A stretch of DNA of 64,000 nt from positions 868,001-932,000 of the forward strand of contig CP145416.1 of the NCBI GenBank assembly GCA_036867785.1, read 5' to 3'. The position numbers and the translations under genes are program-made. Of the stretch, positions 32,703-44,691 are shown one piece after another; the first letter of the stretch is position 1, and every line of letters begins with the position of its first letter. Origin of the DNA: Plasmodiophora brassicae. Taxonomy: Eukaryota. A model generated the notes under the pieces. It saw nothing but the letters and a program-made list of their open reading frames with translations. It did no database searches and was not told the DNA's origin.

Positions 32703-33125
32703 ATGCTGACCATCCCGAGTTGCCAACGTATTCACGACGCTAGCAGCGCCCATCGCATCTTGCAAACCATTGCCACCAGCTGTCGCTGTCGGGTCTGCAC
32801 GGGCAGCCCGCCTTCCCCGACGTCGCTGCCAGCGAGCCCGCCCGCCTCCCGAACGATGCACGCGGTATCGGCCCCGTCCTCGCCTGCGTACCACCCATCG
32901 GCTACAATAATGGGCCCGTCGTACGCTCAGGCGGCGATCATCCAACAGTTCCCACCGGTGCGGATCACGCGCGCCAACCTCGTGTACAGCGATCCACTTG
33001 CGATCGAGGCCGCCTATGGCATCGTGCCGACGAAGCGCGCATCGACGAAGCGCCCCAACTTCATCGACAAACGAATCAACGCCGAGGTGATGAAGGCGAT
33101 GACCGGGGGCGGCGGCAGGCTGTAG
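32703..33125 (+). CDS. Small Pro/Ser-rich hypothetical protein ending in an NFID motif (start uncertain)
   Basis: ORF ends KRPNFIDKRINAEVMKAM. Confidence 0.45.
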   Translation: MLTIPSCQRIHDASSAHRILQTIATSCRCRVCTGSPPSPTSLPASPPASRTMHAVSAPSSPAYHPSATIMGPSYAQAAIIQQFPPVRITRANLVYSDPLAIEAAYGIVPTKRASTKRPNFIDKRINAEVMKAMTGGGGRL

Positions 33126-33288
33126 GAGGGGGCCCCCGCCGATGCCCCTGGGTTGTATAGTAGGCTATCACTAAAGTTTGTGTGCACAACGTAACCCGTT
33201 GCAGCGATTGTGTGTACGTACCCCCGAAATTAACGTGGAATGCAACACGGCACCCGCCTGGTTGAGGAGCAGGGTGTGTAGGCGGATG

Positions 33289-34086
33289 TCAGTCTTGTTG
33301 ATGGTCGCGCGGGTCGGTCGGGCACGACGACGCGCCATGCGCCTCGCTGCCACACTGGCTGCACACGTGCGGGAAGGAACACCTTCGGGCGCTGAACCGA
33401 CAGCCTTGCCTCATATTATAGAAGGCGCAGACGTTGGGCGACGAGCGCGCGCGTTTCGCCCTGCTGTTCTGGAACCGGCCGACCAGCGTGGCGACCGTCC
33501 CGTCCCATCGTATGTCGATGCGGTCGTCGATGGCGCTCAGCGATCGGACCAGGTCGGACAGCAGCGAGTGCCCGCACCGGTTGATTGTCCTGCCGAATCG
33601 GCGCCGGTAGGCGTCGGGCAGGAGGCAGAGCGCGATCTCATGCGTCTGGGCGCGCTCCAGCAGCTGGACGAACTGGTCGGCAATCGTGCGCAGCATCGAC
33701 GACGACGACGACGACGACCGATGGTCGAACACGACGGACGGTTCCGCCTGCGCTGTCGACGAATCGCCCTGGCCGGCATCAATGCCGGCCTCCCGCGCCT
33801 GCTCGACGGAGAGATACACGACCTGCGCCCGGTTGTCCGCAGTGACCTGCTTCAGGACGGCCGACAGCAACGCGTTCGACGCCCTGTGCGCCTGGGCGAT
33901 CTCATCGATGACGGCGTACGCCTGCCGCAGGCGCGCCTGCAGCTGGGCGACGGCCTCGCAGCAGCGATGGTCGTCGAGCGGCGTGATTTCGACCATCGGC
34001 CCGACGGCGGCGGCGGCGGCGCGGCGGACGACAGACCGATTTGCTGCAGCCTGCGGACCTGGCGGCCCGACTGGGACACTCATCAT
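33289..34086 (-). CDS. Coiled-coil protein with C-terminal CCCH plus CCHC zinc fingers
   Basis: CAFYNMRQGCRFSARRCSFPHVCSQCGSEAHGASSC. Confidence 0.7.
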   Translation of the reverse strand: MMSVPVGPPGPQAAANRSVVRRAAAAAVGPMVEITPLDDHRCCEAVAQLQARLRQAYAVIDEIAQAHRASNALLSAVLKQVTADNRAQVVYLSVEQAREAGIDAGQGDSSTAQAEPSVVFDHRSSSSSSSMLRTIADQFVQLLERAQTHEIALCLLPDAYRRRFGRTINRCGHSLLSDLVRSLSAIDDRIDIRWDGTVATLVGRFQNSRAKRARSSPNVCAFYNMRQGCRFSARRCSFPHVCSQCGSEAHGASSCPTDPRDHQQD

Positions 34087-34284
34087 CTCACGCCGCCGCC
34101 CCGCCCCGCCCCGCCCCGGGCCCTGGCCGCCCACGGCCTATTGCGAACTGCAACACGAGCCGAGTCACGGGGGGTTACTGTACCCTGCGCAGCTGCAGCA
34201 ACGCGCGCCCAGTCAGTCAACAGGGGAACAACGTTGTGCGAAGCAGAGCAGGGCAGCGGCGCACGCGGCGGAGTTCGCCATTCA

Positions 34285-35522
34285 ATGTGCGATGGGCGGC
34301 GGCATCGCCAGGTCGTCGCGGTCGTCGCCCGATGGTACCTGCCTGTGGTGCTCGTGCTGGCCATGGTCGTCGGGGTGTCGTGGCCGGCTCCCGGGGCGTT
34401 CCTGGCCAGGACGCCGACGGAGAGCGTCGCTGTACGATTGGCGGCCGTGCGGCGTGTGCCCCCATCTGATGCCCGCCGGTTCAGATCGTCGCACTGTTCT
34501 TCCTGGCTGGCCTGGAGCTTCATCTGGAGAACGTACGAGCGCTTGTGTCGCTGTGGCCGGCGTCGCTGTTTGGGGTCGTGTCGATCCTGCTCATCACGCC
34601 GCTCATTGCGCTGCTTGTTCGCTTCCTGCCGGTCAACGAGTTTGTCGGTCTAGGAATAACGTCGTTCGCTGTGGCGCCCACGACGGTCAGCTCAGGTTGG
34701 TGCGCACAGACGGAGACCCGATTAGCGACCCCCGGGGTGTGCTCATCCCTCAATAGGCGTTGTCCTTGTCGCGCAAGGGCATGGCAACGTGACACTAGGG
34801 TTGCTGCTGACAGTCGCGACGAACCTGCTGTGGTACGTGGATGCGCCTGTCGCTAAGCTGTTCCTCGTTCTCATTGCATGTTTAGTGTCGTCACGATTCC
34901 GTTCCTGCTGCCGTGGATCCTGGCCTCGCAGGCTCGTGCGCAGAAGGTGACGGCGAACCTGGAACCGATCCCTGTGCTCATCCAGCTTCTTTACCTGGTT
35001 CTGTTGCCTCTCGTCGTCGGCCAAGTCGTGCTAAGGGCAATCGCTGTCGTCCGTCGGCAGGTCCAGCGGCGTCGCGTCGCCCTGAAGTTGATTTCAAGCA
35101 CGTTGCTGATATTGTTGCCGTGGATGAAGGTGTCCTCGTCCGTCAACAGCTTGTTTCAGTTGTCAGGGTACGAGATCCTTTGGGCAGCTCTTGCTGTGAT
35201 TGCTATGCACGCCGTCTTCCTTGCATTCCACGCGGTCGTTGCGTCTGCGACTCGGATGCCCAGAGACATTGCTCGGGCGATCGTCATCATGTGTTCACAG
35301 AAGACTCTTACCGTGTCCTTTGCTATACTGGCAACGGTGCCTTCACGTGACGCTGGTATCGCCGCGATCCCGATCGTACTCGGGCATCTATCGCAAATCC
35401 TGGCCGATGCGTTCCTCGTTGCACACTGGGAGACCCGTGATGCCAAGGAGGAACGGAAACTCGACAACCATGGTGAACGTAGCCCAGAGGGCGTCCCTCT
35501 CGAGAGTAGTGATACCATATAG
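34285..35522 (+). CDS. Bile acid:sodium symporter family transporter (SLC10A7/BASS4-like), multi-exon
   Basis: WYLPVVLVLAMVVGVSWPAPG, APTTVSSG, LLPLVVGQ, SQKTL and HLSQILADAFLV. Confidence 0.88.
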
Positions 35523-35909
35523 ACATCGACATTGTTTTTGATTCCGAGGTGTGTGCCCAGGGTATCGGGCGTTGCAGAAGAAATTCAACGTGAAACAATC
35601 AGCGTGATTTGCGTTACTGTGGGGCAGGCCCCAACGAGCGCTCGTCACTTGCCGTCTGGGCAGGACCGCCGGACCCCCCAAAAGTGACCGTTTTCAACGA
35701 CCCCGCTTATGGGACCACTGGGCTGGGCCCTCCGTCCATCACTCGCGCGCGACATCCACTATGATGCCATGCATACCGGAGGTATTGGCGGTGATGGTCG
35801 GCGGTCCTCCCCGAGAACGACCCTGGCCTTCTTCGCAAATTCGAACCGGCCCTGCGCTTCGAGTCCGAGGTTGCGCAGGCGCGCGCGGTCGATCTAGTGC
35901 GAGCTGCAC

Positions 35910-36883
35910 ATGGACACGGTCATGAAGGGCCTCGTCGGAGCGCTGGCCGCGATTGCGCCAGTGGCCGCCCGTCTGCAGCGTTCGCGCTGCGCGTCAACGG
36001 CAGTCGGGTTCGACAGAGCGGAAATGGATTCCGAGGCCAAGATGGAGTTCAAGCCATACGGCCTGCACATCATGGTCGGCAGCGGAGCGCCGTCTACGTG
36101 GCCGTCGAACTGGGATACGACCGACACCGGGAAGGCATTCGTGGCAGCGGCGAAAGGCGTCAAGAGCGATGTCAAGGTGAAGGTCACCGCTTGCGACGCT
36201 CCCGTCGGGCATGTCTTCGTGTTTCCGGCCAGTGTGCGGTACGAGTTCCAGTCGAACCCCACTAGTACGGACGCAACGCGTATCCTGCGAGTCCATGCCA
36301 GCAAGGAGGCGAATGAAGGGACGTTGCTGCCGAAGTGCAGCCCGGTTGGGTCAGTGACGACCGTTCCGTCTCCTGTCCTACGCGGTGCTGAGTGCGCCCG
36401 TCTGTGTATACAGGCCGATGATTTTCGTTTGCTCGCATGCTGCCCGGGACGCCCGGTGTGGGGCCTGCGTTAGTACTCGTCGAAACGCAACTCTGATGAC
36501 CGTCGCTCTGAACGCGATTCTTAGGGCCCCGTCCTGGTGAACACGTTTCGTGAAGAGATCGCGTCGTTACGATTGGCCGCCGATGTATTTGCCTGCTCCC
36601 ATATAGGTAGCCTGGGAAGGTCGTTGCTCTAGGTAGATATCGTGGACTAACGGTGCCCATTCCAGGTGGGCACAAGTACGCGGGCAATGCTATTATTTTC
36701 GCTGCTCGTGACCGCCAGAGCAGAGGCGACTGGTTCGGTTACGTCAAGCCTGACCGCGTAAGGACGATACTGAGGTACACGTTGGAGGGCGAGAGCGACC
36801 TCAAATCGGACCCTGTAATTCAAGGGACATGGCGCGGCTGTGTGGACTGCGAAGACATCGAAGACCTAGCAAGAAGCACATAG
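35910..36883 (+). CDS. Apd1/Aim32-type sucrase/ferredoxin-like 2Fe-2S protein, multi-exon
   Basis: IFVCSHAARDARCG..GPVL..CSHIGGHKYAGNAII..DWFGYVKP..WRG. Confidence 0.88.
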
Positions 36884-36984
36884 TCGACCTGCCCACGTTT
36901 CCCTGCACACTCGACTGTAATACAGATCCCTTGCCGAGTACGAGCAATCCGCATAACCGCGTTTTATCAATCAATGACGCCGGA

Positions 36985-39900
36985 TCAGGGACCTGTCGCG
37001 AGTTTAGATGCCCGAGCTCCCATGCATGTATTTCTCCACTACAGAACGATACGTCAGTCGGTGCCGGGATAGATCAAGTTCAAACTACGTACTGAAGTCA
37101 AAGAAGGCAAACTCGGGAGCCGTCAGCCCAGCTTCATAGACGAAGTGCGAGGCGAGGTACGCGCCGAAGATGGCCTGCACATACGATTCAGGAAGCCTTT
37201 TCGCTAACGTCTCCACTCCGAGGAGGCGGATCAGCTCTCCTGGGCAGGCGTCGCCCAGGACCTGCAATGCGAGTCAATGCCTGTTCCGATCAGCGAGCCA
37301 AGTTGCAGACCTTGAAACGCAGCTTCGTGTTTCCCCACAATGATGACGTGCACAACGCGGCATTCAGCGCGTTGATCTTGTTCGAAAGGTTATCGGAGAT
37401 GATGCAGCGAGCCGTCCCGGTTAGCTCGTGTTCACGCCAGATGCAGTTGAATTCGAGACGGGCATTCTTTTCGATGATCGCCTGAACTTGCTTGACATAC
37501 GCCGAATAGAACGCGGGCGGACTCTCTGGGTCGTCGACCATCATATGCTGGGCGAACTCATCGTCCGTCAATGCCAGGGCAGCCAAAACCTCAAGTGAGG
37601 ACGACGTGACTCCTCCCTTGTTCGCCGACGCGTCCTTGTAGATGATAGTACCACGCTTCTCAAGTTCAAAGCGCGCCTCTTGTGTCAAGAACAGGTTCGC
37701 ACCCTCGACGATCACCTTGAAGCGGCACTTGCCATCCTCTTCGATGATCTCATTGACATTGTTGAGGTTAATTGCTTCGGGACGTCCTCCGCAGGGGACG
37801 AAGAAATCGGCACGAGCTGACGGCAGCAAATGGTATACGTTGCGGTAGACAAGACCAGACTCAACGACCTCATCGTGACCTGGAAGCTTGACTAGGCGGT
37901 CATCGATATGGATAAAGTACCCATTCTTCGACAGTTTGGCTCGGTTGAAATGCTCGCTCATTTGTCGGGCTCGGGCCAGCCGGCGAAGTTCTTCGCGATC
38001 AATACCCTCCGGGTCATGGAGAACACCACTTCCGTCAACTATCGACGTGGTCTTGTCTTTGGAGATCAGACATTCGTTGCTGCCTAAATCGCCATCTGGA
38101 CCGCCAGTCTAACAACCACCCCGGTTAGCAATGGCAAATAAAATGAATCAGCGAAACGCACCTGCAGCTTTGTGATCTGGGTCTCATCCAAACCAAGTTT
38201 CTCGAGAACTCCCAGGACGTACTGATGCACCGAACGGGTTGTCATTCCGAACATGTCATGCCTGCGGTAACATATTAGCGTTGGTATATTCCATGATCAC
38301 GAAATGCAAATGGACTGACGGGATGCCACCCAACGACATGCTCTTTCCAGTTGTAAAGGCCTTCCAGAACCGAGCGCCACGAGCTGTGGCACATTTTAAC
38401 ATTCACACAACGAGGGCACACGTACAAGCGGGGTGACCTCGCGCGTGCTGCGATGCCCAATCCATCAAGTTGGCTGTGCCTTCGTCTGGCCCGAAGAACA
38501 GAATCTCTTCCTATCCGAAACGTTAGGCAACGGTTCGCCAGAATCCAATGCTCGCGATACCTGTTGATAATAATCGCGGATTTCCGGGTCAGGAAGCAGG
38601 ATATCAAGAATGGCATCGACATATTTGCGGAAAGCCACGACATCCTTGTCCTGATGGCTTTGGGAAAGGAAGATGGTTCCTTTCGACCCGCCTTCCGGTA
38701 TGTCCTTATTCTATACGCACCATAAATAACGTCGAAATTCGACCATTCTACACTTGTCAAACCTTGCGAAGCTGGGTTAACGCGAGGTTGTAATTCTCGT
38801 CGAAGATAGACCCAACCTGCATGAAGTCAGTCTTTCTACGTGCGGTCTATGAGGGCTGTGAACTCACATTCTGCGCGTACTGCTGGCTGTTCCGAGATTT
38901 GATAATGCGGATGCCACCACGGGCAACGTCAGTAAAGCGAACATGGAATCCACGGAACTCACTGCCCACGACGAAGAAGACGCCGAATGGTGCCACAGGA
39001 TATTCTTCAGATGACAAGAAGCCTGGCGACAGCCGGAATGATATAGCAATCTTGCGATGCTTGAAGAAATTCGTCTTCAGGATGTGGCGATTGAATGACC
39101 TACACAAAGAGCAGTTAGGAGACGAACCAGCAGGGCTTACAATAGAGGCTTCACGCCTTACAGTAGCGCCAGTAAGATCTGAGTGTCAAATTCGGATGTG
39201 GAATGCAGTTTGATCAACGACTCTATAGCGCAATCAGACGAGGGGTGATCATGCTCGACGACACACTCACCAAACTCTGTCGGGTCTAACGGAGGCGCGT
39301 TCGGCTTGGCCCGCCCTCCTGCGTGCCTCTCGGCGAATTCTCGGTACAAAGCTTTCACGATAACTGGGTAGTTTCGAATGCATTCAAGAAGGCGCTCCTC
39401 TAACCACAAACGAAACGTATCAGCTTGGGCGAAGGTACACAAAGTACAACCGACCCGTAAAGGTATCCTTGCGAAGGTTCTGCTTCAGACGGAGCAGGTG
39501 CGCGATCAAGGTCGGATCGTGTTTCTCAACGGAGCGAAGCAGGGCACCGTATTCCCTCCTGTATCGTGACAGGAACTGATGGGCAAACTTCCACCCCGCG
39601 TAAGCAAATGTCGCCTAGCAGAAACAAGACATTCAAGGGCCGATTGGGTAAGACACCTTTACAGCTGGACCTCTTCAGCAGTGAGGACCATGTCGGTGAA
39701 CATAGGCGTCAGCGCATGTCGGGGCAAGACGTAGATCAATGAAATATCAGATTTCACCTACCAATTAATTTAAGCGGCAGCGTACTCGGACGACGATGGG
39801 CGAGGAGGCATACCAGCGCAACACGTTCATCAACGACACTGTCGTTGAAAGCGTCGTCGTCGCTTATAGGAAGCGGTTTCAGGTACGCTGAGACAATGGT

Positions 39901-41127
39901 CACCCCATTGGCGAAATGCTCAATGAACTTCTTAATCGAGTACAACTAAACCAAGACTAAGTGAAATGAAAATTCGATTCGGCGACACAAGACATACGGC
40001 CCGCTGATGGTAGAGGTCTGTAAGGGCAGAAAAGAACGAATGAACCGACCCATGATGGTAGGCCACAACGAGTCGCCGTTGTCCAGGGGTTGAACCCTTG
40101 GCAACTGTAATTGCCGGCCCTACAACAGGAAGGTATTGACATAGATTCCATAATCCCCGCGTAATTCGACGAACCGAGTTGCTTAGCAACGCGCTCGATT
40201 AGTTCTCGATAAATGCTCTGCGTCGTTGGGGAAGAGCGCACGATCATGCTGTGGAACATGTCACTTGACAGTCTCAACAGGTCGCTATCGTGGAGCACTC
40301 TACCGACTATCACCGATTTTCGCAAGGTCGGTCTCTGCCGGCTCGACTACACCGGCAAGGTAACTGGGACGCCGAACCATTTGAGGAAACATTGGCCTTT
40401 GAAGCAAATAGAAACGCAGCTGGATGTTCAGGTTCTCTGCAATAGGTCCCGCACTGCGAAAGACCTAACAGGTGTCGCTCAGGAGGGCAACAAGGTATCG
40501 CGGAAAGATAGCACACCTTCAAACGATACGGCAAAGGTGGGCGACCATCGTCGTCGCCTCCCGCCTGTGGCTTACTGCCACTGTACCCTTCGAGAAGGTA
40601 TTTCGCGTCGAGGTGCCGTTCGAGGTCGTACACTTGCGAAAGACGAGAACCGGGCATCGATCGGACAGCATAGAAGGCTTGATCCTTTTCTTCGTGCCTC
40701 AAGTTGAAGTCGTTCTCGTCTGTGCCTCCAACCATTGCAAGGATTTTGCCTAAAGGTTCAAAGTTAGCACTGATAACGTACAACGGCAGCAGAAACAGTA
40801 CCGGCATAGAGACAGGAGATGAGCTTCGCTATGCTTCTAACAGGAGTCGATGTAAAGTACTCATCATCGATTCCCATGTTGTTGAAGAACCAGTTGACCT
40901 CCTAAACAGGCATCCGGTCAGCTAGATACCTACGTCGTTCTCGCACCACGATCTGACCTTGATAACAAGCGAGGTGTGGACGAGACCTTCATCGACAATC
41001 TGCTGGCATACTTCGACAATTTGCGACTTCTTCAGTTCGGCAATGTCCTCGGGACTACGCACTTGTGAATCGCTAGCCTATGAAACAACAGCACTGCGAC
41101 ATACCGTCTCGGACCGTTGAGGGCCAT
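36985..41127 (-). CDS. GDH2: Large NAD-specific glutamate dehydrogenase (fungal Gdh2 type), many introns (start approximate)
   Basis: FRGFHVRFTDVARGGIRIIKS, KDIPEGGSKG, GPDEGTA, TGGPDGDLGSNE, FVPCGGRPE, IVEGANLF and KDASANKGGVTSSSLEVLA. Confidence 0.95.
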
Positions 41128-41749
41128 CGTCAATATGTGGCTGGTCGGTCAACCACACCGCAATCCACCAACAGACGATGCCGTTACAGACGAGTCAGCG
41201 ACGCGGCGAGCCGAACGAGACCCACCAAAGCCCTTCGGCGTTGCGAGTGGTCAACTGTCAAATGGCGACTGACGGGGGCCCAAAGCCCAAAACTCCAAAA
41301 ACACGGAGCGTGCCGCGACCGGCACTCGCGAGTGTTGCCGCTCGTCACTGACCGGTCTGCTCGATATAGCTCCCCCGTTCTCGAATGCTCGCGATTCGCG
41401 TGCCGCGCGGGCTGCGAAACAAGTCCCACGCCTTTTTATCGTTGAGGTGGTTCGCGAATCGCCATGCATAAAGGCAACACCTTTGCAGGTCCGGGGCCCA
41501 TTGTCGTGGCACGCCTGTGACTGAGCGATCCAAACCCCGTGCACAGGTCGGGTCACTTTTTCTGCGAGCCGCCGATGACGGCCCGGCGAACTACTGCTGT
41601 TGGCGAGGACGTGGATCTCAACACCCACCCAGAGCCATTATAGGCCATAGGCCCGCACAGCCCAGATCCCATTCAGACCAGCAGATATCGGGCCCGTCGA
41701 CGGAGATTTTGCGTTGACAGACCAGACGGGCGCGTGAGAGAGGCTGCCT

Positions 41750-42547
41750 ATGAGCGAATACTGCCATTCGTGCGACCGACGGTTCGTACACTACGAAGCG
41801 CTACAGGCGCACCTTCGGAACAGCTCCTCCCATTACTATTGCAATGATTGCAATCGTGACTTTCCTCATTACCGGGCGCTGGAGCAGCACCTGCAGATGT
41901 CTGCTGCCCATCGGCCGCGTCCAACGCATCACTGTCCGTTCAACGACTGGAGCGGGTTCTCGCAGAACGACCTGAACGGGCACCTCGCAAACGAGCACAA
42001 CTACTGTTTCGGATGTCAGCGGGCCTTCGGTGCACCTCGTTCTCTCCAGCAGCACCTGCTGTCGGAGAAGCACAGTCCAAAGACTGTGAAATGTCCATTA
42101 TGCTCGTCTCTGTTCTCGTCCCTGTCCGCCGTCGCTGGCCATGTCGAGTCGGGTGGGTGCCCTCGTGGGAAACGCTTCAACCGGACAGCCGTATCAAATG
42201 CGATTCGAAGCTGGGAGCGCAGCGTCGGCGCTCAGAATACGTACACGGTCCCGTTGCTGACGTACAATGACACAGTCGACGACATCGATGTCAGGGATTG
42301 TTACAACGCCTACTACAACTGCTTCTTTTGTCCTCTCTGCGACAAAGAGACACGAACGGCCGGGCAGTTGCAAGCGCACCTGGATTCGAGCGCCCACGCT
42401 CCAAACGCGTACCGCTGCCCTGCATGCTCGGGGCAGTTCGTCTCCCTATCCAGCCTCCTCAAGCACCTCGAGCTCAGCGCCTGCCGCGACAAACAAGGCC
42501 GTCATCTTCACAAGCTAGTCAGCGGAATGAATCGGCTGACGTTATGA
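41750..42547 (+). CDS. Multi-C2H2 zinc-finger protein, intronless
   Basis: Seven to eight CxxC..HxxxxxH/C units, e.g. CHSCDRRF..ALQAHLRNSSSH. Confidence 0.88.
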   Translation: MSEYCHSCDRRFVHYEALQAHLRNSSSHYYCNDCNRDFPHYRALEQHLQMSAAHRPRPTHHCPFNDWSGFSQNDLNGHLANEHNYCFGCQRAFGAPRSLQQHLLSEKHSPKTVKCPLCSSLFSSLSAVAGHVESGGCPRGKRFNRTAVSNAIRSWERSVGAQNTYTVPLLTYNDTVDDIDVRDCYNAYYNCFFCPLCDKETRTAGQLQAHLDSSAHAPNAYRCPACSGQFVSLSSLLKHLELSACRDKQGRHLHKLVSGMNRLTL

Positions 42548-42626
42548 TCGTGTCCATCATGATTGTAGGCTGCTGTATAGCGGCCAATTGTTCGGTTCAG
42601 TAAACGACGGTAAGCATTCGAACGAT

Positions 42627-43365
42627 TCATCGGGCGTAGTGGCTACTAACGCTCTGGACGAGCACCGTCGCCATGACCATTTGCAACGCCGTTAGACGTG
42701 CCAATTCCGTCCCGAGGTCTGTGACGCACGCGGAGGCACAGATTTTATTGTACAGCCGCTTGTGCATTCGAGGGTTCCGGACAAGAACACGGGTCAACGA
42801 CGGTGCCAACGCAAGCAGCTGGTAGCGTTCGCAGGTGAACGCGTGTCCTCTTTCTGGTCGTTGCCCCAGTTATGAATGTGTGCGATTTCTTGGGACGCGT
42901 CTTTCGCCGACCGTTTCCGACTGCACGTCGCGGGTAGTGACGGATTCGGAACGCTGACCCGTCTCACCATCACCACACGGGGCTCTTTGACGGTTAAGCG
43001 GTATCGGGCCATCGTTTCTCTCTGTGCTGTGCGACATATGGGTAGCCTATGTGATCCAGACAGGCTGTGTCGCGCAGAACCTCGGCCGCAACCTCTATCG
43101 CATTAAGTTTCGATTGCAGCGACGGTGCTGGTGGACCCGCTGGCAACGAGTCTAATGGAACCAGCCCAGCAGGTTGTACGACTTGGGAAACGAGTATTTG
43201 GACTATAGACGACACGGAACTTAGGCGATGTGGAAAACAAGACACGGCGTCCACGCCGCCAGTGACGACGCCCGAATCATTTCTCAGAATGACACTGGCT
43301 TTCACGAGCGTACGACGAGAATGTTCGAAGGCGGGATCGCCGCTGATGTAAACCGCAAACGTCAT
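42627..43365 (-). CDS. Hypothetical multi-exon protein
   Basis: Three consecutive minus-strand ORF pieces; no recognisable domain. Confidence 0.3.
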
Positions 43366-43473
43366 TCTTGTAGCACGCGTCTCGCCGTATTTCGGGCATA
43401 GCGCGGCGTCGAGATGGTCGTTTTTGGAAGTCGGCTCTCGGACTCGGAGTGACTACCGCGTGTACCGATTGCC

Positions 43474-44607
43474 ATGAAGCGAAAGCGACCAGCGGAAAGC
43501 GCTATTCCTTGGCAGGCTGTCGTCCACTTTCGCTGCATCCGAAATGGGTTGGTTGGGGGAGGGTTTGAGACCGCCGTCGACGTTTGCAAACAGCTGTTCG
43601 GCATTCAGGCGCAGGAAGTGATGCCCTCGTTGATATCGATCTGGAACCGCCTAGCGAGCGGTGCTCATGCCGCCTCGGACGGCAGGGAATCCGATGTAAC
43701 GCACGAACATGTCAAGAGGCGCGACCAAGGCCTGATCCGTATCTGGGCGCAACGAGGAACTCTACATGTCTTCCACTTTGACGATTGGCCGCTGGCGCGA
43801 TCCTGCACTGGCGACAAAGTCATCGCCATGTACGGTGCCCGCATTGACGCAATGTCGAAGACTCTCGAACAACAACTTCTCAAGAAATCGCCCAGGACGA
43901 TTCTCGATAAGACGAAAGATCCCGATGCCCGGCATATCAGGATGGTGACTGTAACGGAAGGTCGAGCGGCGTGGCATATCGGTGAACCTCATGCCAGACG
44001 TCTGACATGCCGAGAGGAGATTGCGCCGGGCCTGAAGTGGAACCTCCCCGAACGACACGATGCCCTGGTGGATGCCGCTACTCGCTACTTCAACGCATAT
44101 GGTCCAGCGACAGAGCCCGACTTCCGATACATGATGGGAATCCACGCGGGGCCTTCGAAAGCCGCCGTTGAGCACCTCATACGCTCTGGAATCCTGTCTA
44201 CGGTAGCTGTTGATCGAGACGGCCAGGAGATGGAGTTGTTGATACTCAGCGATCTCGTCGATCAAATCAGGAAGCTAGCGCAGACTACGAAGCCGCTCGG
44301 CTTTGTCAGGCTGTTGTACAAGTTCGACCCTGTATTGCTCGCACACAAGGACAAGTCTTGGCTAATTGATGGTGAGCACAAGCAACATATCTGGGCGCCA
44401 TTTGCGCAAATCCTTCCTTCTGTCGTGGTCAATGGTCGTATTCGGGGCACGTGGCAGTATAAGCGCAATACGAATGGCGACATCGCGTTCGCGATTACGC
44501 TGTTCGACTCCGTCAAGGACAACGATGATATCCGGTCAGCCGTTGCGCTTCAGGTGGCAGGCCTAGCCAAGTTCCTCGGTGCGTCCTCATACACTGTCGA
44601 ATACTAA
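43474..44607 (+). CDS. AlkZ-like (HTH_42 winged-helix) DNA glycosylase, intronless
   Basis: GIQAQ (QxQ), WAQRGTLH, RYFNAYGPATEPDFRYMMG, VRLLYKFDPVLLAHKD and VVVNGRIRGTW. Confidence 0.88.
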   Translation: MKRKRPAESAIPWQAVVHFRCIRNGLVGGGFETAVDVCKQLFGIQAQEVMPSLISIWNRLASGAHAASDGRESDVTHEHVKRRDQGLIRIWAQRGTLHVFHFDDWPLARSCTGDKVIAMYGARIDAMSKTLEQQLLKKSPRTILDKTKDPDARHIRMVTVTEGRAAWHIGEPHARRLTCREEIAPGLKWNLPERHDALVDAATRYFNAYGPATEPDFRYMMGIHAGPSKAAVEHLIRSGILSTVAVDRDGQEMELLILSDLVDQIRKLAQTTKPLGFVRLLYKFDPVLLAHKDKSWLIDGEHKQHIWAPFAQILPSVVVNGRIRGTWQYKRNTNGDIAFAITLFDSVKDNDDIRSAVALQVAGLAKFLGASSYTVEY

Positions 44608-44691
44608 GATCCGGCTCTCAGGCATGCCCGAAACAATATTACGCGTGTTTATTTCTTGAACTATACATAAGTACTATACGCTTCTGGAGCG

